Assembly (NCBI RefSeq): GCF_009834535.1
Contig: NC_045696.1
Span: 30,258,001-30,322,000 of the forward strand
Source of the DNA: Camelus ferus
Lineage: Eukaryota
Reading direction: 5' to 3'
DNA length: 64,000 bases
Numbering within the stretch: position 1 is the stretch's first letter; every line of letters starts with the position of its first letter. The notes beneath the pieces were generated by a model that was not told the origin of the DNA, ran no database searches, and worked only from the letters and a program-made list of their open reading frames with translations. Shown piece by piece: positions 53,280 through 64,000 of the stretch. A program made the position numbers and the translations under genes.

Positions 53280-53800
53280 GAAAAAGAATTGGTAAACTTG
53301 AAGATATACCTAAAAATTACTCCATATATAACAAAGATACACATGGAGTTGAAAAACTCAAAAGGCATGTTTGGATCCTAGAGAATCAAATGAAGTACAA
53401 GTATATTAAAAGACAATTCTAGAATTAAATCATAAATAGAATGAATGAGAGCAAATATTCAAAAAGACAATAGCCCAGAAATTTCAAAAGTGAATAAAAA
53501 TCATTCTAGAATGAATGAAAATTACTGATAAATAAAACTTACTTACATAACACCACTCTAAAGTATGTGTGGCTGGAAAAAAAGATACATATAAGATATG
53601 TGACCAACAAAGGTATTGTGTCAGATCTCTAAAGCAATTCCAGAAATCATCAGAAAAAAATATGGGAAGAAGAGACAAAACATATAATCTTTATTTTCAA
53701 AAGAGGAAATGATAAAGGGGAATAAAAATATATACAAAGTTTACTCTCTTTGATAGTCAAAAATATGGAAATTAAAACCATAAGGAGATCTCATTCTACA
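53280..53800 (+). mobile_element. Ancient L1 ORF1-region remnant
   Basis: gaattggtaaacttgaagata...aatattcaaaaagacaatagcccagaaatttc. Confidence 0.5.
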
Positions 53801-54349
53801 CATGTTTTAAATGTATTCAACACTTATCTCACTGAGCATTCATTAAATACAAGACATTGTACTGAGAACTCCAGGGGCTCTAAAGTTGGAGAATACAAAG
53901 CAGGTTAACTGCCATCAGCAAGTTTACAAAATGGTAGAGGAGGCATAATTTTTACAGAGAAAGATTAAGAAAATAGCATCCCAGTTTGAGGGAGGTATTG
54001 TTAACAATAAGCTATTAAGATAGTAAAATTATGTATGGAAAAGAGATGCACTATTTAAATAATTTATAGAGAACTAATCACATGTACTAACCTTTCCCAA
54101 CTAAAAATGCAAGTCTAACTAAAATATTTCTTATTTTTGGCCTTTTGAAACAGAATTAAATATTCCCTTATTTATAATAGTGGACTAGTGCTTATTGTCT
54201 AAAAATTAGTGCTACATATATCTGCTTCTCTCAATACATGTTAACATTTTTAAGAACAGCAATCCTGCTTTTTCATCTTGGACAGCTAGAATCCATCATT
54301 GTATCTATCCCATAACATATTTCATTTGCATGAATAAAATGTAAAAAAC

Positions 54350-54830
54350 ATTTATTCGGTGTGACAGAAACCAAAATCCAGGCAAAAAAATCTCTTCTTT
54401 CTTTGGTAGACAATGAAAAATCAATGAAGTTCTAGTGACATGATCAAAACCATATTTTAAGAAGATGAATTTACTTGCCCCATACTTGATAGACTGGAGA
54501 AGAGACTGAGTTAACAGGACAATTAACAGAGTCCTTGAGAGAATCAGCATGTGAACAAGGGTAGCGGCTGATGAGTAAAGGTGATAGGACCATTCGGCAG
54601 GTAAATCTTAAATGAACAGACGGTAGTAACCCATAAGGTGGATATTGATGGCTAGGAGAAAACAAAAGAGGAAAGGATGAAGAACATTTGTTCGGTATGA
54701 AAGTTCTCTGTTGTGTGTTGAACAGATCACTCCAATTGCATGTTAGAAGATGAAATTAATCGAGTAAGCCAGTTACGGAGAACCAAACATCAACACAGTT
54801 GAATTGTGCGCCAATAGATATCTAGGGCGG
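54350..54830 (-). mobile_element. L2 internal fragment
   Basis: gtgacatgatcaaaaccatattttaagaagat...gatagactggaaga...gaacaagggtagcgg. Confidence 0.6.
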
Positions 54831-55234
54831 CTCAGAATAAAAGAAAAAGTAAAGAAATGTTGATTGTTCCTGAAAATATGCAAATTATTCAGTGTGGAAA
54901 TTATTTCTAGGAGAAGATGAATATTGTAAAGGATTATATTAACAAAAGAGTAAATAGAATTGGAAAATAGGAGTAGCAGATGTTATCTTTTGTTTTCTAC
55001 GTGTCAGAGCCAGCAAGTCCTGTGTTCTCAAACATTATGATTTAAATTGCTGTAGCCCACCATCCACTAGGCATCAGGTGTTCGAACTTAATCTTAATAC
55101 TGGATAGGAAACCTTCAAATAAAAAGTGATACTGCACTCTGGAAGCACTGCTATCGAAGTTTTAAAAATGTGAGTCTGTACTATCAAATTCTTCACATAC
55201 AATGGATCAGTGTGAGTCAGAATATTGGTTATGC

Positions 55235-55755
55235 TGTTGCCGAGTCAAAACTCGTTCTGCTCGCCACACGACAGGCCAAAAATTGGGAGATGAGGTGTTG
55301 GGGCAGGAATAGCAACTTTGTTCAGAAAGCCAGCAGACGGAGAGGATGGCAGACTAATGTCTTGGAGAACCACCCTACTCCAGTCAGAATACAGGCTCCT
55401 TTTATGCAAAAAAAACAGAGGAGGGGGTGTGGTTGGTTATTGCAAACTTCTTGCTGCAGGAATTCTTTGTTCTTGCAGCTGTCCATGTGGGTCAGACCAT
55501 GGTGTCCCTGTAAACCTCCAACAAAACAAAGGTTATTCTCTATTTTGCAACTTGCCATCTCTATATAAGTGCAGAAGTGCTAACATCCTTAAAGGTCAGA
55601 GCCCCGAGAATAGGCTCTCCTATATATTTCAGGCTAAAGGCAACTTGTTTTATGAAAGGTGCAGAGCTAGCAAGAATAAGCCTAGAAAACAAGGCACAGT
55701 GGTTAAAACTAAAGGAATAGATCCAATATAGTCAGATTTGTTCTCCTCTGTTACA
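55235..55755 (-). mobile_element. Cetartiodactyl ERV1 solo LTR, TSD ATGC
   Basis: tgttgccgagtc...ctgttaca termini; ATGC at 55231-55234 and 55756-55759. Confidence 0.9.
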
Positions 55756-58340
55756 ATGCTTTAAACCTTCAAGAACTGAGAAGTTCCCTCCCTTCATTGT
55801 TGATCTGTCTACACATGCATAATTTATGCTCCACACTCTTTTCTATATCCACTTGTATAAAATTATATAAAAACAGACATATAAATAATCCATTGAAATT
55901 AAAGTAAATTATTCCGGAATACTCAAAACTATATTCTTATTCAAGATCCAGAAATTAACTTTAAAATGCCATTTTAAATTTTCTATCAAGGTAATACTTG
56001 TTTTATACATAAATAGGATAACATGAGGACATTTTGGAAATCTCAATCTACTTTCCAGTTTGGATAGAGCTTCTATTTAAAGAGCTTCTTTTTATATTTA
56101 CTTTTATATTGCAGATGTATCCTATTTCAGGCTAAAACTGAACACACTATGTTGGTGAATTATCATGCCCTAACATGCAAGCACCTGTATATATTTTAAA
56201 AAATTAATTAATTATGTTTCCATAGATTTTATTTAAAAAAATTGATTTAAAGTCCGAAAAACTAATTTCTGTTAAAATATTATATGATGTACCATCCATG
56301 CCATTCAGTTTTTCTATTGCTAATGTATGGGAATGAGGTTTGCTTATCACTGCTTCAGAAGGAGAGCTAGTTGTTGATTGGTACTTATAATAGGACCTCC
56401 TGTTCTTTGTAAGAAGACTCACCAGGGTAGTACTTATAGCATCATAAAAATTAATTCATACGTGAAAATATTTTTTGCTTTGATAGTTTGGGTATAAAAT
56501 GATCTCTTTAGCTTTCGTCTATATTTATAGTCACCACTGAGATGAAAGGTGATTTCTCTCCATCAACCTGGCTCCAGTCTGTTATTTCTGACCACATCTA
56601 TTCTTGTTATTTTTTGAATCACATTTTTCCCCTCACCAGAATTATTGTTTTCCTCTTTTAAATACCAAAACTTTCCTCTTTTAAATACCACTCAAATGAT
56701 AACATTAAACCAAATTCTTATCAATGAATTTTTTTCCTAGATATTCCCAAAATAATTGCATTCTTTTGCTGTTATCTGGCATGATTAGACAATCATGAAT
56801 TAAGTGTTCCTGGTTAATAGCTTTATCTTAAACATAATCTATACATGAACTATCAGTTTCCAACAAATAAAAAAATTAAAAAAGTTCTAACACTAAACAC
56901 ATACACACAATTCACATATATGTTTTCATACTTCATAAATTACTCCAAAATCTTGCAATACCTTGAGGTCATCAGTAGTAACTTTATTAACTATTTTATA
57001 GTAGACTTGCTTCTTTTCATCAATTAAATACAATTTTATTATAATTTTAATTGGAAATATAATCTATATCTTATTTTAGATTTTTTTGGCATAGAAAAAT
57101 TGGCTTTACTTGGTCCCTGTCCCAAGAAAACTCAAATTTAATCTTCCAGTATTCCAAATATTTCATTCTTATTTCTGTAATCCCTATTCTGTACTCTAGT
57201 AACAAAAATAAATCAGTTTTTAAATCCATATGCCTTTCTACCCTATGTATAAAAATAGCTAAAAATATAAAATTTTGAGAAATATATTCTGCTCCAATTA
57301 GAATTAATTGGATAGAATGTTTCCTCCATTGAAATCTTATCAGGCAGAAAATTGGCAGAAACCAAACATGTGTCATCCAACATATATAAAGGTCATTTAT
57401 GTTTATTATCATAGTGAAACAAATATGTAAATATTCTTGTTCCACAGTTGTTTTGTGCAATTGGTGGCAAAATAAAAAATTAATTTGTATCATCAAAGCT
57501 TTTTAGTATTAATTTAAAAATCAAAGAAAAACATGTATTTATAATATTTAAATACAAATTACTTTTAATACACACAATACACTCATATTTGGAGTAAACT
57601 ATAATTAAAAAATGGATCATGATCACAACCTGTAATAAAAAATGGATCATGACAAAGATAAATAAATTATGATCATTCTAGTATAATCATCATTGGTTTT
57701 TCTACTTATGAGATGTTTACCTTAATATATAAAGAATTTTGATTGCCCTAGAACTTGGAAAGAGCTGAAGCTTAAGTACCATGTATAATAATCACTCATC
57801 ATTCGATAAATTATATAAAATATCTTAGGGCATTTTAAATAACAGTTAAACACTTCATATATCATTTGACAATTGTCTATTAGTGCTTTAACATTCTCAA
57901 GGTTCACAGTGATTCACTATGATCAGAAGCCACTGCTGAAGGTAAGGGACCACGTGGGAAATCCCTGAAAACCATGGTATAATTAGCTTGATTAGTTTCT
58001 CCACATTTTAGAGGATTTTTTTAATATACATTGGATGTATATTAATTTTTAATCAGAAAGACAACATTTTTATTTAACCATTACTATTTTATGTATCAAA
58101 GAACTTTTATAAGGCATAATTTTAAAAATTAAAAATATGTTTTTGTTAGTTAAAATAAGGTAGAGTCTATTTGTTTTATTAGTAATCCCATAATTTCATT
58201 TGCAGTTTTCCTTTTACAATGGCATAATGTTCTGAGTAACTCCTTTTTTTTTCAGATTTTTATTACATGTAGTTTACAATATGGGATTAATTTCCAATAT
58301 TCTTTCCATATGTTTATAGTCAAATTATGTTTTTAGTATG

Positions 58341-58543
58341 TATTTAACCTTGAACAATATGGGTTTGAATTGTATAGGTCTACTTAAACGCAGATTTTTT
58401 TCAATTGTAAATACTGTGGTACTACAGAGTCCTTGGTTGGTTGAATCCACACTTCAGCCAGAGGGCTGACTATAATTTATATGTGGATTTCTGAGAGCAC
58501 AGAGTCAGGGCCCCTAACCCCTGCATTCTTCAAGGGTCAAGTG
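58341..58543. mobile_element. Tigger2-derived non-autonomous element (Tigger2a-like)
   Basis: Terminal inverted repeats ccttgaacaa ... ttcttcaagggtcaagtg; gggtttgaattg and cccctaacccc internal motifs. Confidence 0.85.
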
Positions 58544-60579
58544 TAGTATAATATTTAGAATATTATAGCAAAATGTTTTAAAATAAATGTAGAAAATGAA
58601 ATTTCTTGATAATTATAATGGTATAAATTTAAACATTGATTTATCCTTCCTTTTATTCTTATGGTTTTGCTCTGTTAGTTCAAGTAATACACACGCAGAT
58701 CTGCAGACTTGTACACATATACAGACACATACATACTTGCATATTTTTCATGTAATGGTATGCACACAACATAAATACATTCTGTATCTCTAAATATATA
58801 TAGTATGTGCAAACACACGTGCATTTACTATTATTCTTTATGATATAAAATATATGTTCTTTCTCCCTATGTCAAAAGATCAAAAATGTGTAAACAGCTA
58901 CTGAACAACAGGTTTTTCTCCCGGCTACTGAGGAATGAAGAAACTGATTTATGACATTAGTTTGACATTCCTTTCTTTTTTATAAAGATAACCTTAATAG
59001 AAAGATCAGAAGCTTACAAGATGATTTCCAAAAGTAGAGCAGTAACAAAACTGATTTTTGCAGTGTAAACAGCATTTCCTGGGAGTCTTGGAATTGTCAC
59101 CAACTCAATGGGTGACTTACAATATTTATAAAATGTGGACTTTAGATTCTTTATTTGTGCAATCAAAGCATTGAAAAAGAGCAATGACATTCAATATATT
59201 TTTAAACTTCAACACACTGTAGTAAATACATTTAAGAATAAAAGACTAGGTGACACAGACCAACCCCCTTTGAGAGGACATTTAGGAAAGTTGTGTGGAA
59301 TATTAGAAATGCCTGCCTGAAAGAACTGGCAGACTAACCAGACAGCAAATAAATATGGTCCAAATTGAGAACTGGATATAAATCCAAAGTTTTTATTTAT
59401 TTGAGTTGGGGCCATTTTTGCCTTTGGAGAATTGCTGATCTCAAAGACATGGACAAAGATTGTGAAGTACTGTTGACAACCTTGAGGGTCTAGCGAGACA
59501 TAAATTAAAATCCAGGAAATGCCATAGTGAACGCTCATTACTTTGGAATGGAATCTTAAAAACCTACATAGTAGAAACAAGGTTGGGTGTGGGGATTTTA
59601 AAAAATTAACTGGAGTCATCAGGGAGACCCAGAAAATTTTAACCCCTGACAAGTAGATTTGTTATTATCATTGAGCATCTGTTGGAAGCAAATGAGAATC
59701 TTCTTTACAGGAGTAAAACCTCATGCTATGAAACAAATTATTTCTACAGTTTCCTAAAATACATTATCTGTTCCACAATCAATGGATCAAGATATTGGAA
59801 TTATTGGACAATTGACTTAAAAATAACTATGCTTCTTTATTTGGTGATGTAAAAAAATTAAGTATTTCAATAGAAAATTAAAATCCATAAAAATGTAATA
59901 GCAACTTTGAAAAAGTGCTAATAGAAAATCTATAAATTAATATATTAGCTAAAATTAAGACATTAGTGAATATAATTGACAACAAATGGAATACAGAAAT
60001 AACTAAATTTAAATGAGCAAAGAATAACTAGAAATTCATCATGTTTCAATACCAAGATCGAGTCCTCAGTAACTCATAGTAAGAAAAAAAAGCACAATTG
60101 AAATTTAAAATTATTTGAAATTGATAATTAATGAAAAAATAACATCTAAACACTTGCATTATGAAGGTAAACAGCATAGCGGGATACTTACAGCCTTAAA
60201 TACATATATCAGAAAAATTAACATAAAATCAATGAGTTATTTATATATGTAAATAAATATATATATATACACATAGGGAAAAATAATAAAATTAATCATC
60301 TAATAAAAATTAACAAATCTACCTATCACTTTTTAAGAAGATTAAATGAGGTTAATGAAGTGATAAGACAATATGATCAACATCAAGGATTAAAAGGGAC
60401 TAATCACTCTAGATCCTGAATACCTTAACAGTATATAACAATAATTTTTAGATAAAACTAATGATAATATCTTTGAAAATTTGAAAGGAATGAACGAATT
60501 CCTAGAGAAACTTACAACTACAACTTACCCAGACTAACACAATGGTGTATAGAAAATCTAAACAATTTATTATGAATAT

Positions 60580-61657
60580 TTTTAAATGTATAGAAAAAAT
60601 TATAGAGAACACTTGTATACCCACCATCTATATTCTATTATCACATATCTGTCTAAATATTCCCCAATCTAACCATCAATCCATCTTATTTTTTTGATGC
60701 ATTTGAAAATAAATTTTAAACATCAGTATAGTTTCCCCTAATTAGCATGCATGGTATTAACTAGAGTTCAATTTTTATATACATTTTTTTGTTGAGGTAA
60801 AACTTGCATGTAATAAATTCTACAAATCTTAAGTGAGCATTCAGTGAGTTCTGACAAATTATACACCTGTGTAATCTTAACCTTATCAAAGTATAAACTA
60901 TTACCTAATAGCTCCTTCTAGTCAACCTCTGCTCCCTCCCAAGATAACCATTCATTTTTTTAATTTTAAAAAAACTTTAATTGAAATATAATTGACTTAC
61001 AAAATTATAAGTTTCAAGTGTACAACACATTGATTGATATTTTTATACATTATAAAATTGTCCCACCTATTTATCATCTTCTATTATATAAAATTTTTAC
61101 AGTATAATTGACTATTTCTCTATGTTGTGCATTACAACTCTGTGACTTATTTATTTTATAATTGAAAGTTTGTACCTCTTAAACTCCTTCACCTATTTCA
61201 CTCATACCAATGAATTCTTGCCATTTGTGACATATATAGACCTAGAGGGTATTATGCTAAGTGAAATAAATTAGACAGAAAAAAGATAGATACCATATAA
61301 TTTCACTTATATGTGAAATAGAAAAAACAAATCAAGGGAACAAATATAACAGAACAGAAACAGACTTATAGATAACTACTCATGATTATCTACCATAATT
61401 TAATTTTTCTTGTTCTAGAAATTCACATAAATGTAATCACAAAGTATGTACTTTTTAATGTAAAGCTGTTTTCACTAGTACAATGATTTTGAGATTCATG
61501 CATATTGTAGTGTATAAGTAGTTTATTCCTTTTTGTTGCTGAGTAATATTTCATTGCATGAATGAACACTGAAGTTTCCTTATTCATTCTTCTATTGATG
61601 AATATCTGGGCTGTTTTCTCTTTTAGACCATAATAAAAAAGCTGATAAGAGCATCCT
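60580..61657 (-). mobile_element. L1ME1 3' UTR
   Basis: catcaatccatcttattttttgatgcattt...taactagagttcaat...gaggtaaaa...aaatcttaagtg. Confidence 0.8.
60956..61369 (-). mobile_element. L1MA9-like L1 with 5' inversion
   Basis: Antisense 3' end to 61208, then sense segment 61209-61369; TSD agataaccattcat/agataactactcat. Confidence 0.8.
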
Positions 61658-61811
61658 TAAGAAATTATTCTAAAATGTATTTGGAAATGAAAAGGACAAA
61701 ACATAGTTAAGACACAATTGAAGAAGAAACTTTGAGGATTTATATTACAGGATTTTCATGCCAAGAGTAGACAAATAGACCAGAAAAAGATAATAGCTAG
61801 AAACAATCACA

Positions 61812-61863
61812 AACACATACACACATACAGACACACACATCCATACACAGACACACACATACA
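61812..61863. repeat. Imperfect (CA)n microsatellite
   Basis: acacatacacacatacagacacacacat... visible directly. Confidence 0.85.
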
Positions 61864-63607
61864 GGAACTTAACTTATGACAAAGGTGGCACTATTAATAA
61901 TCATCAAAAATTAAAACATGACTATTATTAGCAGTAGAGTATAATTTGTACAACCTGCATTTATACTCAAAGTAAAATTGGTGATACTACTCAGTGTCAA
62001 GCTTCAATTGTATGTTTTCCACGAAGTCCAGAGTTGAAGGTTTTGGTGTGAAAAGTTCACTTTTTCTTCAAAATAGTATATAAAGAATCATCTATTTTAA
62101 AGAAAGTCTCTCTAGAGCTTTCTGATTACAAGATCAGACTCCCATCAAGGCTCTGTTACAGTCAAATACCTATGAAATAGAGAACAATATTATTTGTCCT
62201 TAATATAGATCATGTCCTTCTTTGCTCAAGACTTCCTTTTAGATAGGTGTTAGGAAAACCAATTTTAAAAAATGCCTCAATATTTGCATTTAAAAAGAGG
62301 AGAAAATACACTCTGAAGAATTAATAATTGATACATTCTAAGGGTGATATAAGCATGAAGTTTTTCCAATTAAAACTCCCCAGGAGGAACAAGGGGACTT
62401 CCATATGTGAACAAATTACCAGCTCTTTTTTTTTGATGCAATGGAATGTATTATAATACACTCATATTATTTTTAGTCCAACTTGCATTTGATTAACCTT
62501 TTAATTTTGATTTCCAGTTCATAAGGACTGAAAAGAGATATCCATATGATACAGTGAATGCTGAAGGAAACATAACTTACTTTACCTTGAATGTCTTCCT
62601 AAAATATGTTGCTCTTTTGATGATTTAACAACAAAAACAAACTTGGAGCAGAAGGTTAAAAACTACAAATTGTGCCCGCAAAGTGTTAGAGAGATGACAG
62701 AGGAAGGATTTACATGTGACCATAACATGGGAAATGAAACTTGCATTTGGTTTATTTTCTGTACTTCCATCATCCACTTCCTGTGTAGGAACATCTGAGA
62801 ATGTTCTGTATCAAATTATTAAATCAATAAATCAATGTCAGAACAGGTGAAGTTAAAGGGAGCTCCTGCACAAGCGTCAGTCATGATGTCCTAATCTCTT
62901 CCTACGTGGAAAGAGACAGAACCAGTTGTTTTGTTTTTCCGTGGAAAGAATTAAATGAAAGCATTCATTTTGAAAGAGAACTAGAGAAGTGTTGGAAAAG
63001 AAGGTAGAGAGGAGACTGTTGAGTAATAGTAGATCAATCTACAAAAATGGGAATGCGTCCAAAGATCAGTGTTGGCAAATGAAAATGTGATGCTGATTCT
63101 ATGAGACTGACCACTTCCCACGTGGAGTTTGCTGACTGGAAAAATCTGCAGGTATTTCCAGGACTTTTTTTTTTTTTGTGGGGGGTGGGTACGGGAAGTA
63201 TAATGAGGACCTGCTTTCCCATTAGCTTAGAGTAGGTATAAGTTATCACGGTTCACAGAGATACTAGTCTTCCACTAAAGAGACTGCCTGGCAAGATCTC
63301 CTAAGCTTCTCTCATATGTAGTCACATTACAGAGATATCACTGGATGCCCTTTATGATGAGTGAGAGTGAGATAGCTGAGCCTGAGCTCCTGGACATCAC
63401 CCAGTCTTAGTTGAGATTTGATGAAAACACTAGCAGAGAAAGCCAGCTAAAACCCGCAAGACCAGTTGTGGCTCTCCTGTCATTATTATGTGTGCCTGCA
63501 GTCTGTCCCTGTGCCTCTCCCTGTTTCTTTTAGGTGATGGGCCAGGAAGAGGGAGGACAGAAGAACAGAAGAGCTCTTCAAATGTGGAGAAAACTCAGCA
63601 AGGGAGC

Positions 63608-64000
63608 TTTTTTTTTTTAAGTATTCATTCTTTTGTTTTTATTAATGTATAGTCAGTTTACAATATTGCATCAATTGCTAGTGTGCAGCATAATGTTTCA
63701 GTCATACATATACATACATATATTCTTTTCCATATTCTTTTTCATTGTAGTTTACTACAAGATATTGAATATAGTTCCCTGTGCTATACAGGATAAACTT
63801 GTTTATCAATTTTATATATATTAATATCTGCAAATCTTGAACTCCCAATTTATCCCTTCCTATCCTCTTTCTCCCCTGGTAACCATAAGTTTGTTTTCTA
63901 TGTCTGTGAGTGTTTCTGTTTTGTAAATAAGTTCATTGTCTTCTTTTCATTCCCCATATAAGCAATATCATATGGTGTTTTTATTTCTCTTCCTGGCTTA
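63608..64000 (-). mobile_element. Camelid L1 3' end, runs off the window
   Basis: tatagtcagtttacaat...gttccctgtgctatacag...taaccataagtttgttttctatgtctgtgag. Confidence 0.9.

Larger units (their letters stand above)
59800..61895 (+). mobile_element. Ancient L1 ORF2 remnant split by L1ME1
   Basis: cagccttaaatacatatatcagaaaa, atgaacgaattcctagag; resumes at ~61660 attctaaaatgtatttggaaa...tatgacaaaggtggcact. Confidence 0.7.

Noticed and set aside
55170..55731. Overlapping 132-aa and 137-aa ORFs
   Set aside because: Lie within a TSD-flanked solo LTR; no gag/pol/env similarity.
56115..56154. 40-nt + strand exon candidate
   Set aside because: Good acceptor but weak donor (TTG|gtgaat); no other support.
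56649..56690. 19-bp direct repeat (also short duplications at ~44445 and ~57607-57651)
   Set aside because: Simple two-copy slippage duplications; not an array or CRISPR-like structure.
57071..57496. 141-aa minus-strand ORF
   Set aside because: Non-ATG start, AT-biased composition, no recognisable homology.
59209..59652. 147-aa minus-strand ORF, the longest in the track
   Set aside because: TTG start, no recognisable domain or flanking splice structure; compatible with chance.
1..64000. Novel multi-gene biological system, CRISPR array or intact provirus
   Set aside because: Eukaryotic repeat-rich non-coding DNA; no long ORFs, no regularly spaced repeat array, and the LTRs are solo with their own TSDs.

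Overview
This is AT-rich mammalian genomic DNA, almost certainly camelid (alpaca/llama/camel), judged from four tRNA-Ala-derived Vic-1-type SINEs and cetartiodactyl-type L1 3' ends and ERV1 LTRs. The window is repeat-dominated intronic or intergenic sequence: ancient L1MC/L1ME, L2, MIR, MaLR/ERVL LTRs and MER58A/Tigger DNA transposons, overlaid by younger ERV1 solo LTRs with 4-bp TSDs, SINEs and 5'-truncated L1s. I recognise no protein-coding gene. The ORF-track ORFs are short and either lie in repeats or look like chance ORFs. I found no support for a new biological system. The best observations are structural: a 936-bp apparently chimeric LTR flanked by one TSD, two twin-primed (5'-inverted) L1s, a possible L1 3' transduction inside a Tigger1 derivative, an end-to-end but internally deleted L1MC, an antisense bias of young retroelements hinting at a + strand host transcript, and a few unverified exon and enhancer candidates. 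Repeat family names come from my recollection of consensus sequences and need RepeatMasker/Dfam confirmation. Boundaries given without a TSD are approximate.
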